64,000 nt of DNA, taken from positions 53,630,001-53,694,000 of the forward strand of contig NC_042999.1 in NCBI RefSeq assembly GCF_006345805.1, in the 5' to 3' direction. The notes under the pieces were generated by a model. That model ran no database searches. It was not told where the DNA came from and saw nothing but the letters and a program-made list of their open reading frames with translations. Positions within the stretch are counted from its first letter, which is position 1. Every line of letters starts with the position of its first letter. This document shows positions 12,882-23,500 of this stretch, piece after piece. A program made the position numbers and the translations under genes. Source of the DNA: Octopus sinensis (lineage: Eukaryota).

Positions 12882-13071
12882 AAAAAGGAAATGAATGACC
12901 TCACTGGTAGTTCTAATTAATTTAATTTTTCTAATAATATAATATAATTTTACAGTTTGGCTTCTAGCCCTTTTGCTTCCTAAGTCTATAAACCAAACTG
13001 TAAAATTGTATTATATTATTAGAAAAATTAAATTGATTAGAACAAGCAGTGAAGACATTCTTTTCCTTTTT
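12882..13071. repeat. Hairpin with about 79-bp arms and a 32-nt loop
   Basis: 12882-12960 pairs with 12993-13071 (TTCTAATAATATAAT..AATTTTACAGTTTGG / CCAAACTGTAAAATT..ATTATATTATTAGAA), with scattered mismatches distally. Confidence 0.9.
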
Positions 13072-13213
13072 GGAGTACCAGGTGACTATTTCGAAGGGGA
13101 TGATGCTAGAATTTAAGTAAATAAATTATATTATATTTAACATAACTTGTCCAGGATCCTTTTGATACAACCTCGTATATATGCATGCATGTATGTATGT
13201 ACGTGCGTACTTA

Positions 13214-14293
13214 TATTGGGTCATCCCATAAATAACGTGGGTTTTTGAAGTGAATGGACTAAAAGTCGGAGGGGCACCGGGTTAACTACCTGCATCAACT
13301 TACTATAAAAGCAGGTAGTAATTTTACCATAGTACCTATACTTAGTGCAAGTTTTGTAGAGTGCAGATCAGTTTTAGCAGTTATTTTTTCAAAGCTATAA
13401 TGGAAGTGACAAAGGAGCATATTCGGCATATTTTGCTTTACGAGTCCAATAAAGGCTACAAGTCCAATAAAGGCTACAAGTCCAATAAACGCAATAATAT
13501 TATGGGGATCGGACAATAAACGTAAGCCAGTGTCAGCGGTGGTTCCAGAAGTTCCGAGCCGGAAACTACAGCCTAGAAGACAAGCCTCGTTCTGAAAGAT
13601 CTGTAGAGGTCGACGAAGACGTCCTGCAAACTCTGGTGGAACAAAATCCCATCGTAACTGTTGGGGAACTAGCAGGGAAGCTTTGATTTGGTCATTCAAC
13701 TATTCATAGACACCTGCGTGCCATCGGAAAAGTCAGCAATTTGGGTCAATGAGTTTTTCACAAACTTTCCTAACCTAATCATGCGCACAGAGTGAATGTG
13801 TGCTGTTCTTTGCTGTCAGATCTCAAGAATGTACCGTTTATGGACCGAATAGTGACTGGTGACAAGAAATGGGGTTCTCTATAAAAATGTCAAGCGCTGA
13901 AGACAGTAGGAAGGGAAAGGAGGAACACCGGCAGCCCAAGCTAAACATGGTCTTCACCCACGTAATTTGACTTTATCTGTTTTGTGGGACATGAAAGGTT
14001 TATTCCACTTTGAACATATAAACTCAAACCAAACAATAACAAAGGAGATCTACTACGAAAAGCTTGGGAGGCGTAAGTCAGCGCTAGAAGAAAACCGACC
14101 ACGTTTGGTTTCAAGACCAAAATTTTTCTTCCATCAGGATAATGCTCGGCCACATACAATGTGGATGACATTCCAAGGGCTGGAGCAGTTTGAATGGGAA
14201 ACGATGCCCTACCCACCATATTCGCCGGACATTATCCCATCTGATTATCATTTATTCTGCAGCCTTCAAAATCATTCGGAAAGAAAAAATATG
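13214..14293 (+). mobile_element. Mariner (D,D34D) DNA transposon, degraded and 3'-truncated
   Basis: TA then a TIR-like TATTGGGTCATCCCATAAATAA. ATG at 13400 gives MEVTKEHIRHILLYE, followed by broken-frame HTH, IVTGD..W, HQDNARPHT and PPYSPDIIPSDYHLFCSLQNH. The right end is replaced by an RLE LINE remnant. Confidence 0.9.
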
Positions 14294-14925
14294 CTTTTCC
14301 TCTGTGAAACCGAGTATTTGTAGGTTTTTGTGCAAATTTTCTGGTACATAACCTGATTCACGTATATGTGCAAATTGGAAGTTACAGTCAGAGTAAAAGT
14401 GCTTTAAGTTCCGCATTAATTCGCCATAAATGTTTTGTTTAGTCCCGGACTGTTGATTGTATATTTACGTCCGTTGGGTAGCTGACCTCTACAACAGTGC
14501 ATGGCATTTGTCCCCTGTCGCATAGAACAATATCAAATCTGATATGTTTGCACCGAATTGATGTTTTATAGGGGTGTTGCACTAGTATTCATTATTATTT
14601 AAGGCCGGTTCTGACATGCGTTTGATGTACACGTCAGGGCAGTCCTTCCTACCGATAGCACTGCAAATAGTCTTTGTAGCTCTTTCATGCCTCAAGGGCA
14701 CATAGCATCTCGTAGATGCTGATATTGTGGTGAATCTTCCACACAGGGCTAGCAGAGCCGACATCTTTTATCACAAAGTGGACATTGGTGGCATTTTTGT
14801 CCCTTTTGTTTATCAGGAACTTAGTAGCTATCTCCTGTTCTTGAATAGGGATGTAAGGAATCCCTCACAGATCCAGGGGAGGTTACTCTTCCTGTCAATG
14901 CTTTTGTTGCCCTCTCGCTAACGAG
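14294..14925 (-). mobile_element. Decayed 3' part of a second RLE-type (R4-like) LINE lineage
   Basis: Minus-strand pieces EGFL..IQEQEIATKFLINKRD, DKRCRLC, RCYVPLRHERATKTICSAIGRKDCPD, CTVVEVSYPTDVNI and QNIYGELMRNLKHFY, across several frameshifts. Confidence 0.8.
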
Positions 14926-15414
14926 ACATCAGTGTATGTAAGTATGTATGTATGTATGTATGTATGTATGTATGTATGTATGTATTTATGTATGTATGTA
15001 TATATGTATGTATGTATATATGTATGTTTCGTTGTCGTTACAAAGAGGAAAGAATATCTTCATGCATAAACCGGGAATATATATCACTTTCTTATATAGC
15101 TATATATGGTGACACACTTAAGTATCACAGGGCTTTGCATTTCTCTCATAAACGTTAATTTAATAATAGATTTTTTTCTTTTCATAAGGAAGGAAAGTGA
15201 CTCTTCTTGATATTTCTTTCAAACTCTTTCAGCAGTATCATGTGACAAACATTACTTTCTCAATCCTCCAGTCAGAGCAAAGACAATAGACAAATAAAAT
15301 AGAATAACATCAAACAAAATAACTGTTGTGCATATAAATAGCTTTAAACATTCATCCATACATAAATAACGTGTGTGTGCATGTATGTGCGTACACACAA
15401 GTGCGAGTTCATAA

Positions 15415-15449
<35 letters not shown>

Positions 15450-15452
15450 TAA

Positions 15453-15533
15453 ACATGGACGGCCATAAGTCACTTTACCCATTTCTGTAATAATTATCAG
15501 AAATGGGTAAAGCGACTTATGGCCACCCCTGTA
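15453..15533. mobile_element. Tiny palindromic Tc1/mariner-type MITE
   Basis: 27-bp arms 15461-15487 and 15498-15524 with one mismatch. The right end GGCCACCCCTG-TA is the complement of a TA-CAGGGGTGGCC terminus; the left terminus is decayed. Confidence 0.7.
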
Positions 15534-15560
15534 TATAAATACACATATATTTAAACATAT

Positions 15561-15646
<86 letters not shown>

Positions 15647-15653
15647 AATATAT

Positions 15654-15707
<54 letters not shown>

Positions 15708-15709
<2 letters not shown>

Positions 15710-16110
15710 CGCAGGAGTGGCTGTGTGGTAAGGAGCTTGCTTACCAACCACATGGTTCCGGTTCAGTCCTACTGCGTGGCACCTTGGGCAAGTGTCTTCT
15801 ACTATAGCCTCGGGCCGACCAAAGCCTTGTGAGTGGATTTGGTAGACGGAAACTGAATGAAGCCCGTCGTATATATGTATATATATGTGTGTGTGTGTGT
15901 TTGTGTGTCTGTTTTTGTCCCCCCAACATCGCTTGACAACCGACGGTGGTGTGTTTACGTCCCCGTAACTTAACGGTTCTGCAAAATAGACCGATAGAAT
16001 AATTACTAGGCTTACAAAGAATAAGTCCTGGGGGTCAATTTCCTCGACTAAAGGCGGTGCTCCAGCATGGCCGCAGTCAAATGACTGAAACAAGTAAAAG
16101 AGTAAAAGAG
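15708..16110 (+). mobile_element. SINE family A, full length
   Basis: Same head, internal microsatellite and tail as 1644-2052. Confidence 0.9.
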
Positions 16111-16148
16111 GTATTCGCTTTTAATCTTACATGTATAATATATATATT

Positions 16149-16192
<44 letters not shown>

Positions 16193-16202
16193 CTTTCTAA
16201 CT

Positions 16203-16714
16203 AGAAAGGGTATGGCCTGGTCAGCCTGTAATGACATGCATAAGATCTGGTCATCAAATCTAAGTAGAGACTTCAAACTTGAAATATTCAAAGCCACAGT
16301 CGAACCAATTCTACTATATGGCTAGAAACCTGGACGTTATCAAAGAAGCTTGAGAGGCGGTTGGATCGAACCTACCCTCGCCTGCTTATGAGAGCTCAAA
16401 ATCTCTCGTGGAGGCGCCATCCACCAAAATGCAAATATATGGGAAATTACCACCTGTGTTATCTCTTGTGAAAGGTAGGAGAGTCCAGTTTGCTGGACAT
16501 TGTTGTAGAGCTGAAAAAGAAGTAGTATTTCTACTCTTCTCCTCTGGAAGCCATCTACTCGCAATACCAGAGGGCGCACACTCTCCTACCCTGATGTAAT
16601 CTCCAGGGATACAGGCATCCAGCAACAGGACCTCCGTAATGTTATGATGGACCGTGAAGTCTGGCGTAACATAGTAAATTCCATTATCTCGACCACGGTC
16701 GAACAATGATGATG

Positions 16715-16716
<2 letters not shown>
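16203..16716 (+). mobile_element. 5'-truncated RTE-clade LINE 3' end with short (TGA)n tail, embedded in (TA)n
   Basis: Reconstructed RKGMAWSACNDMHKIWSSNL...FKATVEPILLYG.ETWTL...RRVQFAGHC...DREVWRNIVNSIISTTVEQ*, ending ACAATGATGATGAT. Confidence 0.85.
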
Positions 16717-16750
<34 letters not shown>

Positions 16751-17123
16751 GTCTATAAATACATGTATATATATTTATATACATGCATGAAACGTTTTAT
16801 TATAAATATTTTAATTTTTTTGGGGGGGGGGAGTTAATCATCTGATTCGTTTTCAGTCGTCAATGAAAAGATTGTTATTTTATCGTTTACTTTTTAATTG
16901 TTTCCCTCATTAGACTGCGGCCATACTGGGACGCCACCTTGGAAAATTTTAATCAAACTAGTCCACAACAGTGGTTCTTGTTTCTTGAAGCATGGTACTA
17001 ATTTTATCGATTTTTTTAAACCGAAACGCTACGTTCCGGGTACGTAAACATTACAGCGGATGTCATGCGATAGGGATGGCCAAATACAGACACAATGACA
17101 AACAACACACACACAATGTGTAT

Positions 17124-17185
<62 letters not shown>

Positions 17186-17193
<8 letters not shown>

Positions 17194-17356
17194 AGAAAAA
17201 CAAAATCGGAGACAGATGTATATTAGGTTGACGCTCGGAAAGGTGAGAAACTCTTTCACGTTTCGAGCCTACGCTCTTCAACAGAAAAGAACGCGAGGAA
17301 ATAAATAGAGAGAATTAAAAAAAACTTTTGGAGTTAACTGTCAATCATGGCGACTA
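17186..17356 (-). mobile_element. Short non-coding repeat in (TA)n carrying a hammerhead-like motif; homologous to 34245-34410 (Penelope-associated, inferred)
   Basis: In-window homology with 34245-34410 (..ACTCGG(G)AAGGTGA.AAACT...ACGTTTCGA.CCTACGCTC.TCAACAGAAA). The 17186 copy has TA repeats on both sides; the 34245 copy has TA on the left and TG on the right. Confidence 0.55.
17253..17289 (-). ncRNA. Hammerhead-like motif, probably inactive copy
   Basis: Minus strand CTTTTCTG-TTGAAGA-GCGTAGGCTC-GAAACGT-G-AAAG. G at the cleavage position is non-canonical and the stem II register is ambiguous. Confidence 0.4.
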
Positions 17357-17594
17357 TATATATATAATTGTGAAAAACGGCAACAAACGTTAAAGCAAGA
17401 CACATTTCTCAAGTCATTTACGTTATTATAAATGTTTGTTGTCTTCTTTAACAATTATATATCCGCTATATCGGAAAACTACAATTGCTCCATAACTAGT
17501 GTCACGGGTATAACCTTGGACCCCTGGTAATCCGTTGCAGCATTTACCTAGCGTACCTAGTCGTTTAGATCAACTGTGAACTAAACCGTCATAC

Positions 17595-17638
<44 letters not shown>

Positions 17639-17639
17639 C

Positions 17640-17697
<58 letters not shown>

Positions 17698-17701
<4 letters not shown>

Positions 17702-18255
17702 AAACAAGTCAAGATAGAAAATGCTAAAATAATTTTATAAAGAATATTTCAGTACCGGTTTCGGTCATTTGAGACCTTTTCAACTGTACAATTAAATAAT
17801 TAAATTTAGAAAAATTTAAAGAAAATTTTTTTTAAAAGAATATTCGTATAGTGTTCAAATATAAGTGGCATTTTCCTTGTTTCTGCCTTTCTCTGTCTCT
17901 CTTGTTTACTCTTGTGGCTTCAAGGTCCATGTGAAATCTTGGTAGGGAAGAAGAAGAAGAAGAAGGAGGGGGAGAAGGAGGGGGAGAAGAGGAGGAAGAA
18001 TTTGGGATTGCCTTGATTGCCTCTATATATAATAGAAATATGTTACAAAAAGAAAATAGAAACTACACGTGGTAATGTAAGGGGAAAGTAAGAAAACTCA
18101 ACGAAAATGCACATTGTAAATAAAAAAAGTAAAGGCATTTTATGAAAAGTAACGAAAGATATATACAATTAGATAAACTGAGGTAGGAATAAAAGTAATA
18201 AAAGTAATTATTGTGAGATTATTAAAGAGATTCAAGTATACCGGCGGTATTCATA
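17698..18255 (-). mobile_element. Non-coding element flanked by (TA)n carrying the best hammerhead motif
   Basis: About 560 bp of unique-looking sequence between TA runs, with an internal GAA/GGA tract and no ORF. Strand assigned from the ribozyme motif. Confidence 0.45.
17750..17786 (-). ncRNA. Minimal type-I hammerhead ribozyme candidate (U3-A8 core variant)
   Basis: Minus strand CAG-TTGAAAA-GGTC-TCAAAT-GACC-GAA-ACCGGT-A-CTG. It has stem I CAG/CTG, core UUGAAAA, a 4-bp stem II closed by G-C, GAAA, a palindromic stem III ACCGGT and a GUA cleavage triplet. Confidence 0.65.
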
Positions 18256-18262
18256 TATATAC

Positions 18263-18660
18263 ATGATAGGCTTCTTTCAGTTTCCGTCTACCAAATCCAC
18301 TCGCAAAACTCCTCCTAGGCCCAATGTTATAGTAGAAGATACTGGCCCAATGTGTCTCGAGGTGGAACTAACCTCCGAACCATGTGGTTGGGAAGCAACC
18401 TTCTTACCACTCAGCCAAGCCTGGGCCTATTACTATTCTATTCTTGTATTCTTTGATTTGTTTCAATTATTAGACTGCGGCCATGCTGGGGCACCGCCAT
18501 GAAGAAGTTATAGTCGAGTCACTCGACCCCAATACTTTTTTTAAACCTTGGACTTCTTCTATCGGTCTCTTTTGCCGAACAGTTATGTATATTACAGTTG
18601 TCAAGTGATGGTGGGGGAGGGGAAAAACCGACACAAAGACATACACACATAAACAGACTC
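18263..18660 (-). mobile_element. Two partial SINE A copies (head of one, tail and body of another)
   Basis: Head reverse complement at 18263-18427, then tail/body reverse complement at about 18440-18660, cut off by the Tc1 remnant. Confidence 0.75.
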
Positions 18661-18704
18661 TAATGGGCCGTCAATTTCAACCAACTTTCTTGAACCATTA
18701 CATT

Positions 18705-19210
18705 TTATGTAACTTGAATAGTGCCAAATACATCCAGTTATTGGAGGACAATTTGATGCCAGACTTGGATGTAGGTGAGATTTTCAGCATGACAGAACTT
18801 CATGCTACAAATCGCGTGCCAGACAACAAAGGTTGTCTAATGAAGGTTTTACCGTACTGAAAGATTGGCCAGCTCAGCGCTCCGACTTAAATATCAACAA
18901 GTAATTGTGACCAGAACTAAAGAGAAGAGTTCGTCAGAAGAATGAACGCAATCTTGAAGAGTTGTGGGAGCTCAGCCACAGAGAATGGTATCTCGTACCT
19001 GTAAAAATTGTGAAGGATTTGTACCCATCTGTTCCCAGGCGCATTGGAGTAACTATTCAAGCTAAGGGAAGCCACACGAAATATTAACAATATACAGTAA
19101 CTTGTTGAAATTAACATTATGTAATGAATATTCATTATAGACATTTTTTCTGTTTTAAAACACTGTATCTTGATTGGTTTATGTGAGGTGACCAAAAACT
19201 TTGCACGGCT
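18705..19210 (+). mobile_element. Tc1-like (DD34E) transposase C-terminal remnant with right end
   Basis: NLNSAKYIQLLEDNL, IFQHD, DWPAQRSDLNI, ELKRRV and IQAKGSHTKY* (stop 19085-19087), then a TIR-like ACTTTTGCAC. Confidence 0.85.
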
Positions 19211-19259
19211 ATTTTTGAGGATCGTCTCGCATCTTCTCCTCTCATTAAGAATCTCTACA

Positions 19260-19410
19260 ACAGAATATAATGATTATGTATGGAAATGACTCCAACAGGG
19301 CCAATGTTTCATCCGTAAAAAACGCAATGGGAAACATCCAATTATAAGTTGGCAATTAGTAGAAAATTACAATAGTTTACAGTGGCCGAAGACTTTTGCA
19401 TGGTACTGTA
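19260..19410 (+). mobile_element. Right end of a second Tc1-like element
   Basis: Ends GTGGCCGAAGACTTTTGCATGGTACTG-TA, a typical Tc1 terminus. The left boundary is unknown. Confidence 0.5.
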
Positions 19411-20389
19411 TAATATATATGATATATGTTTATATATATATGAATGTGTGTGTGCATTTGTGTTTGTGGATGTCTTTTGTGAGTGTGTATGTGTGTTTAT
19501 GCGTGCGTGTATGTGTGTGAGTGTGTGTACACTCACACTATATACATACATATATAGGAAACAAAGTTATTTTATTCCAAAACGGGTAGAAATATAGAAA
19601 AGTGAAGTTGAAAATGCACTGTGATTCATTTAGATTTTGTATTCTTGAACAGGTTTCCCACATTTCTCTGATTTTCAGAAGTCGACATCGAGAGACGTGG
19701 AACTATGCTGCAACTTGCTTATTTTAGCTGAAATTCAAATGTTGTCTTGTTTTTTATACAGAGAAAATGGCTCAAATTGATATCTATTTTGGATATGTTT
19801 TGAGTGAACGAAGTTGGCAGGAGTTTCGGCGCAAAAATAAAAGCTGGCACGATTTTCGAGGCAAAACCTACAGTCGCCTATTAACGCACGAACGCAGTGG
19901 GGAATCTTGAAAAAATTTTTAAGGTTACTATTAATCACAAGAACTTCCTCTACTATATTTGACGGATAAAATGCAGACAGCTTTGATTGCTAGCGATGGT
20001 CACTAGACAGGCTCATTCATCTGTGACAGCTTTAACTAACGGCACTAAATATGTAAAATGTAACGGGCGTAGCGGAGAACTTTCTAAACCTGATCATGTG
20101 ATCATCGTCGACCAATCGGAACGTTTCCAAATCGGATACCAATTTGAGCTGTGTCTCTTTTAGGCAATTTTTTAATTTTGGGCCAGACCATAGAAAAAAA
20201 AATCGATGTGACAGAAAATAACTATTGTCATTTAAAAACTTAGTGACCCCAAATTACCCCAGGACAGGTCTCAAACTTAGGTCTGCAGAAAAAAGAAAGC
20301 TACAATTTGTTGGCCAGTGTAATCTTTAATCACGATATTATCTTTTGATATAAACATCAGGAAATGACCATTTCGTATATATACATACA

Positions 20390-20545
20390 GGCGCAGGCAA
20401 GGCTGTGTAGTAAGTAGCTTGCTTACCAAACACATGGTTCCGAGTTCAGTCCCACTGCGTGACACCTTGAGCAATTGTCTTCTACTATAGCCTTGGACCG
20501 ACCAGAGCCTTGTGAGTGGATTTGGTAGATGGAAACTGAAAGAAA
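20390..20545 (+). mobile_element. SINE A head only
   Basis: GGCGCAGGCAAGGCTGTGTAGTAAG...GGAAACTGAAAGAA. Similar head-only pieces lie at about 1330-1460, 9145-9270 (-), 10350-10480 and 12140-12290. Confidence 0.8.
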
Positions 20546-22006
20546 ATAAATAAGTAAATGAGTGGAAATTGAACCGGTGAGTGTGTTAAATAATAAGACA
20601 CTAAAAGAGAATGACTCTCCCCAGACACAACAATATAAATATTTTTATATATACATATGCGCGCGCGCGTGTGTGTGTTTACCTTGTGATTCCAATAGAT
20701 CACGCCGACAAAGAAACAGATTTATTTGTGGAATATAGATTTGTATTATAGTTACATGGTCGTTGAGATCGTAAAAGGGGTTTCAATAGATAATTTATTT
20801 CATTCACAAGCTGCGTTTCATAAAGTAATTCTATACGTAAATATAACTGCAATATATAATCGCTAAGGTAGAAATACACTTCAAACGTTTCTAGACGTCG
20901 GGCTGTCAACGATTTACTCACTTTACTCCCCTTACTTCATATCTATTTCATCTGAAGAAATAGTGCTTGATTCCTCCGTTTTGCTTTGGAGGAGGTGTTT
21001 ATGATCTTCCATCCAATATAACTGGGACCTTGATTCCATTTACAATATACTTAACTCTTAATCTCACTAAACTCATAATTGAAATCGCTTGATGGTTGGT
21101 CACAAATAACTTTTAAAACAAACTTTCTTCTATGTTGTATGTATATATTTATTCTCCTTCTGATATGCCATTTATTGTTCTTGTTGTGGATAACTGTTGA
21201 AGTGAAATAAGAATTCTGTTTTGAAAGATAATTCTCAATTCTTCTGAAATGTTTGTTAAAATATTTGATCTGTTTACAGATGCAAAGGAAAATGTTGAAA
21301 CGACAGATTAGAGGGGGTAATGCCTTCAACTCCGTGTAATTTATGTATAAATACGTTTTGTAAATAGTTATGTGGATTCAGCCAGGTCAACATATCTTTA
21401 TCTTCCATGCCTATGAATTCATTGAGACAGGATTACGCCGAGCATGTGTATTTATATGTTCTCAATATGATATATGCATAGAGAAAGTTCTCTTTTTACA
21501 AAGACATACACACAGTTATAGAAAATGTGCATATTTATACATATGTATACGTTACTGTATGTGTGTACGTGTGTGTGTGTGTGTGTGTGTGTGTGTCTGC
21601 GTGTGCAATGTTGAGCCTACAGTGAGAATATATATTAGCACAAATATTGCCGCAAGCAACTACTTTCTGTCTTTCACACACATATATATATATACATGCA
21701 TACATACTCTCGCCGCAGCAAACACAGACACACACACACACGCACGCACATACTTTCTCTTTCTCTCTCCCTCTCTCACTCTCCCGCGCACACACAGACA
21801 CGCATTTTCAAAGGTAAAGATGTCCATGTGAACTCTCTTTTATTAAAGCCTCTCTGACATGTTTCCTAACGATCATTTGTCGTGACCTTCTAGAACATAA
21901 AGTTTAGAATAACTGCTTTCGACACACGGTTAGTACTGAGTGAATATACACTTAAACACACATTCACACACCCACACACACACCCACATATATATATATA
22001 TATATA

Positions 22007-22372
22007 TCTATATAAACGGCAGTTTGTCTGTGCGTGTTTCTGTGTGTCTGTTTGCTTGTACCCTCACCCTGACCACGGCTTTCAACCGATTCTGATGAAA
22101 CTTGACACACACAGCCCAATGTCATAATTCAAAACTAACGCAGCGAAAATTTTGAAAAGTTCCCCCAGTTCTGAAAAAAATCGATAAATTCGACATGGGG
22201 TCGAGAATCAGAAACACGAACCACGAACTGTGTAGGGGACGCAACTCCACCTTTTTTAACTATCAAAAAAAATTTACCATCATTTTTTTGCTGTTTTTTG
22301 GCTATAACTCTCTAAAACTGCTTTATAGTTATTTCCCTTACAAACCAGAGCAACGCCGGGCGATACTGCTAG
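22007..22372 (+). mobile_element. Non-autonomous Helitron-like element
   Basis: Starts A|TCTATATAAA and ends with GC-rich subterminal CCAGAGCAACGCCGGG then CTAG|T. It sits between A and T with no TSD and carries the internal TTTCAACCGATTCTGATGAAACTT typical of metazoan Helitron-N elements. Confidence 0.8.
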
Positions 22373-22629
22373 TATATATATATATACACGCATACATATG
22401 TATGTCATTGTTCAGTTTTATTTTAAGATTTCTTCCAATAGTGAAAGAGTAGATTTCTAACCTAGATCTAAGGCTCCTTCACGAGAACTTCAAACAACAT
22501 CAACAGTGGGTATTTGTGCATGTGTGCGTGTATACGTGTGCCGTATTTAGAGTTAGTGCATGTGCACATTCGTATGTTTTATGTATGTATTCTCAAGGAT
22601 ATATTTGCATTTCTAGAGATGCATGTATA

Positions 22630-23500
22630 TACTTGAATTATAGACTTCTGGTAAGAGTTACACGTTTTTTACAATTCCAGTGATCGACTGCACCTGTAAT
22701 CTTCGAATCAGATTTCTCCTCCCTAGTTTTCAGAAGCTTAATTTCACATGATTGATAGATAGGAAGTGTGTTACATATCCGACGGTCCCAATAATTGGGG
22801 TTATAAACCTTAAATTGCTATCAGAATAACTGTAGATTTCTCAATAGTTCGGTATTTTCTTTTTCGGAGAACTTTAACGTTATGTTGACATCCACTGGGC
22901 AGAGCTAATTTCATCTGCTCTACACAGTTTCTCTTCTGTATTCGAAATCACTGTCACGTCAGTTATGTTAATATTTTACTGAGGTTTTCTCTGGAACAGT
23001 CCACAAGTACTCATTATGAGTGGTTAGCTTCTAATATTCTGTGGGTTCTTAATTCTGTGCTCTCGGTGTTATCCTTCCGATGGATCACATTATGCATTTT
23101 CTTAACTGCAATACTATGACTCATCGGAAGATAACACCGTGATGATATTTTCGGACAACTGCTTATGATATGAGTGATATCTTCCGTGTTACCTCCACAA
23201 AGTTTGCATCGGTTGCCACCTTTTGCTGCTTTTCCTGTGTCTCAGTTCCTTTTGTGCCTCAAGTATTTGGATGATATTTCCTGTTTCTGGATTGCAAATG
23301 CATATCCTTCAAAGTGGTAGTTAGTAATTCGGCTGTTGGTCTGTGACAGACCGCTTCAATGATCAACGTTACTATCACCCCAGAACTTTCTGCTAACGTA
23401 TCCATGCATGGTCTTTTGCTGATATTCCCGTATCCTTTCATCTGATGATACGTTGAAGTATTTAAATGAGTGGGACGTACCCTCGTTCTGGCAGATTAAC
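22630..23500 (-). mobile_element. Decayed 3' part of the same second RLE-type LINE lineage
   Basis: Minus strand YQQKTMHGYVSRKF, HFEGYAFAIQKQEISSKYLRHKR, NRCKLCGGNTEDITHIISSCPKISSRCYLPMSH and C-terminal IRRLQVQSITGIVK. Confidence 0.85.

Noticed and set aside
20920-21040. Minus-strand ORF MESRSQLYWMEDHKHLLQSKTEESSTISSDEIDMK ending at GTAAGG
   Set aside because: Could be an exon, but there is no recognisable protein and no partner exons.
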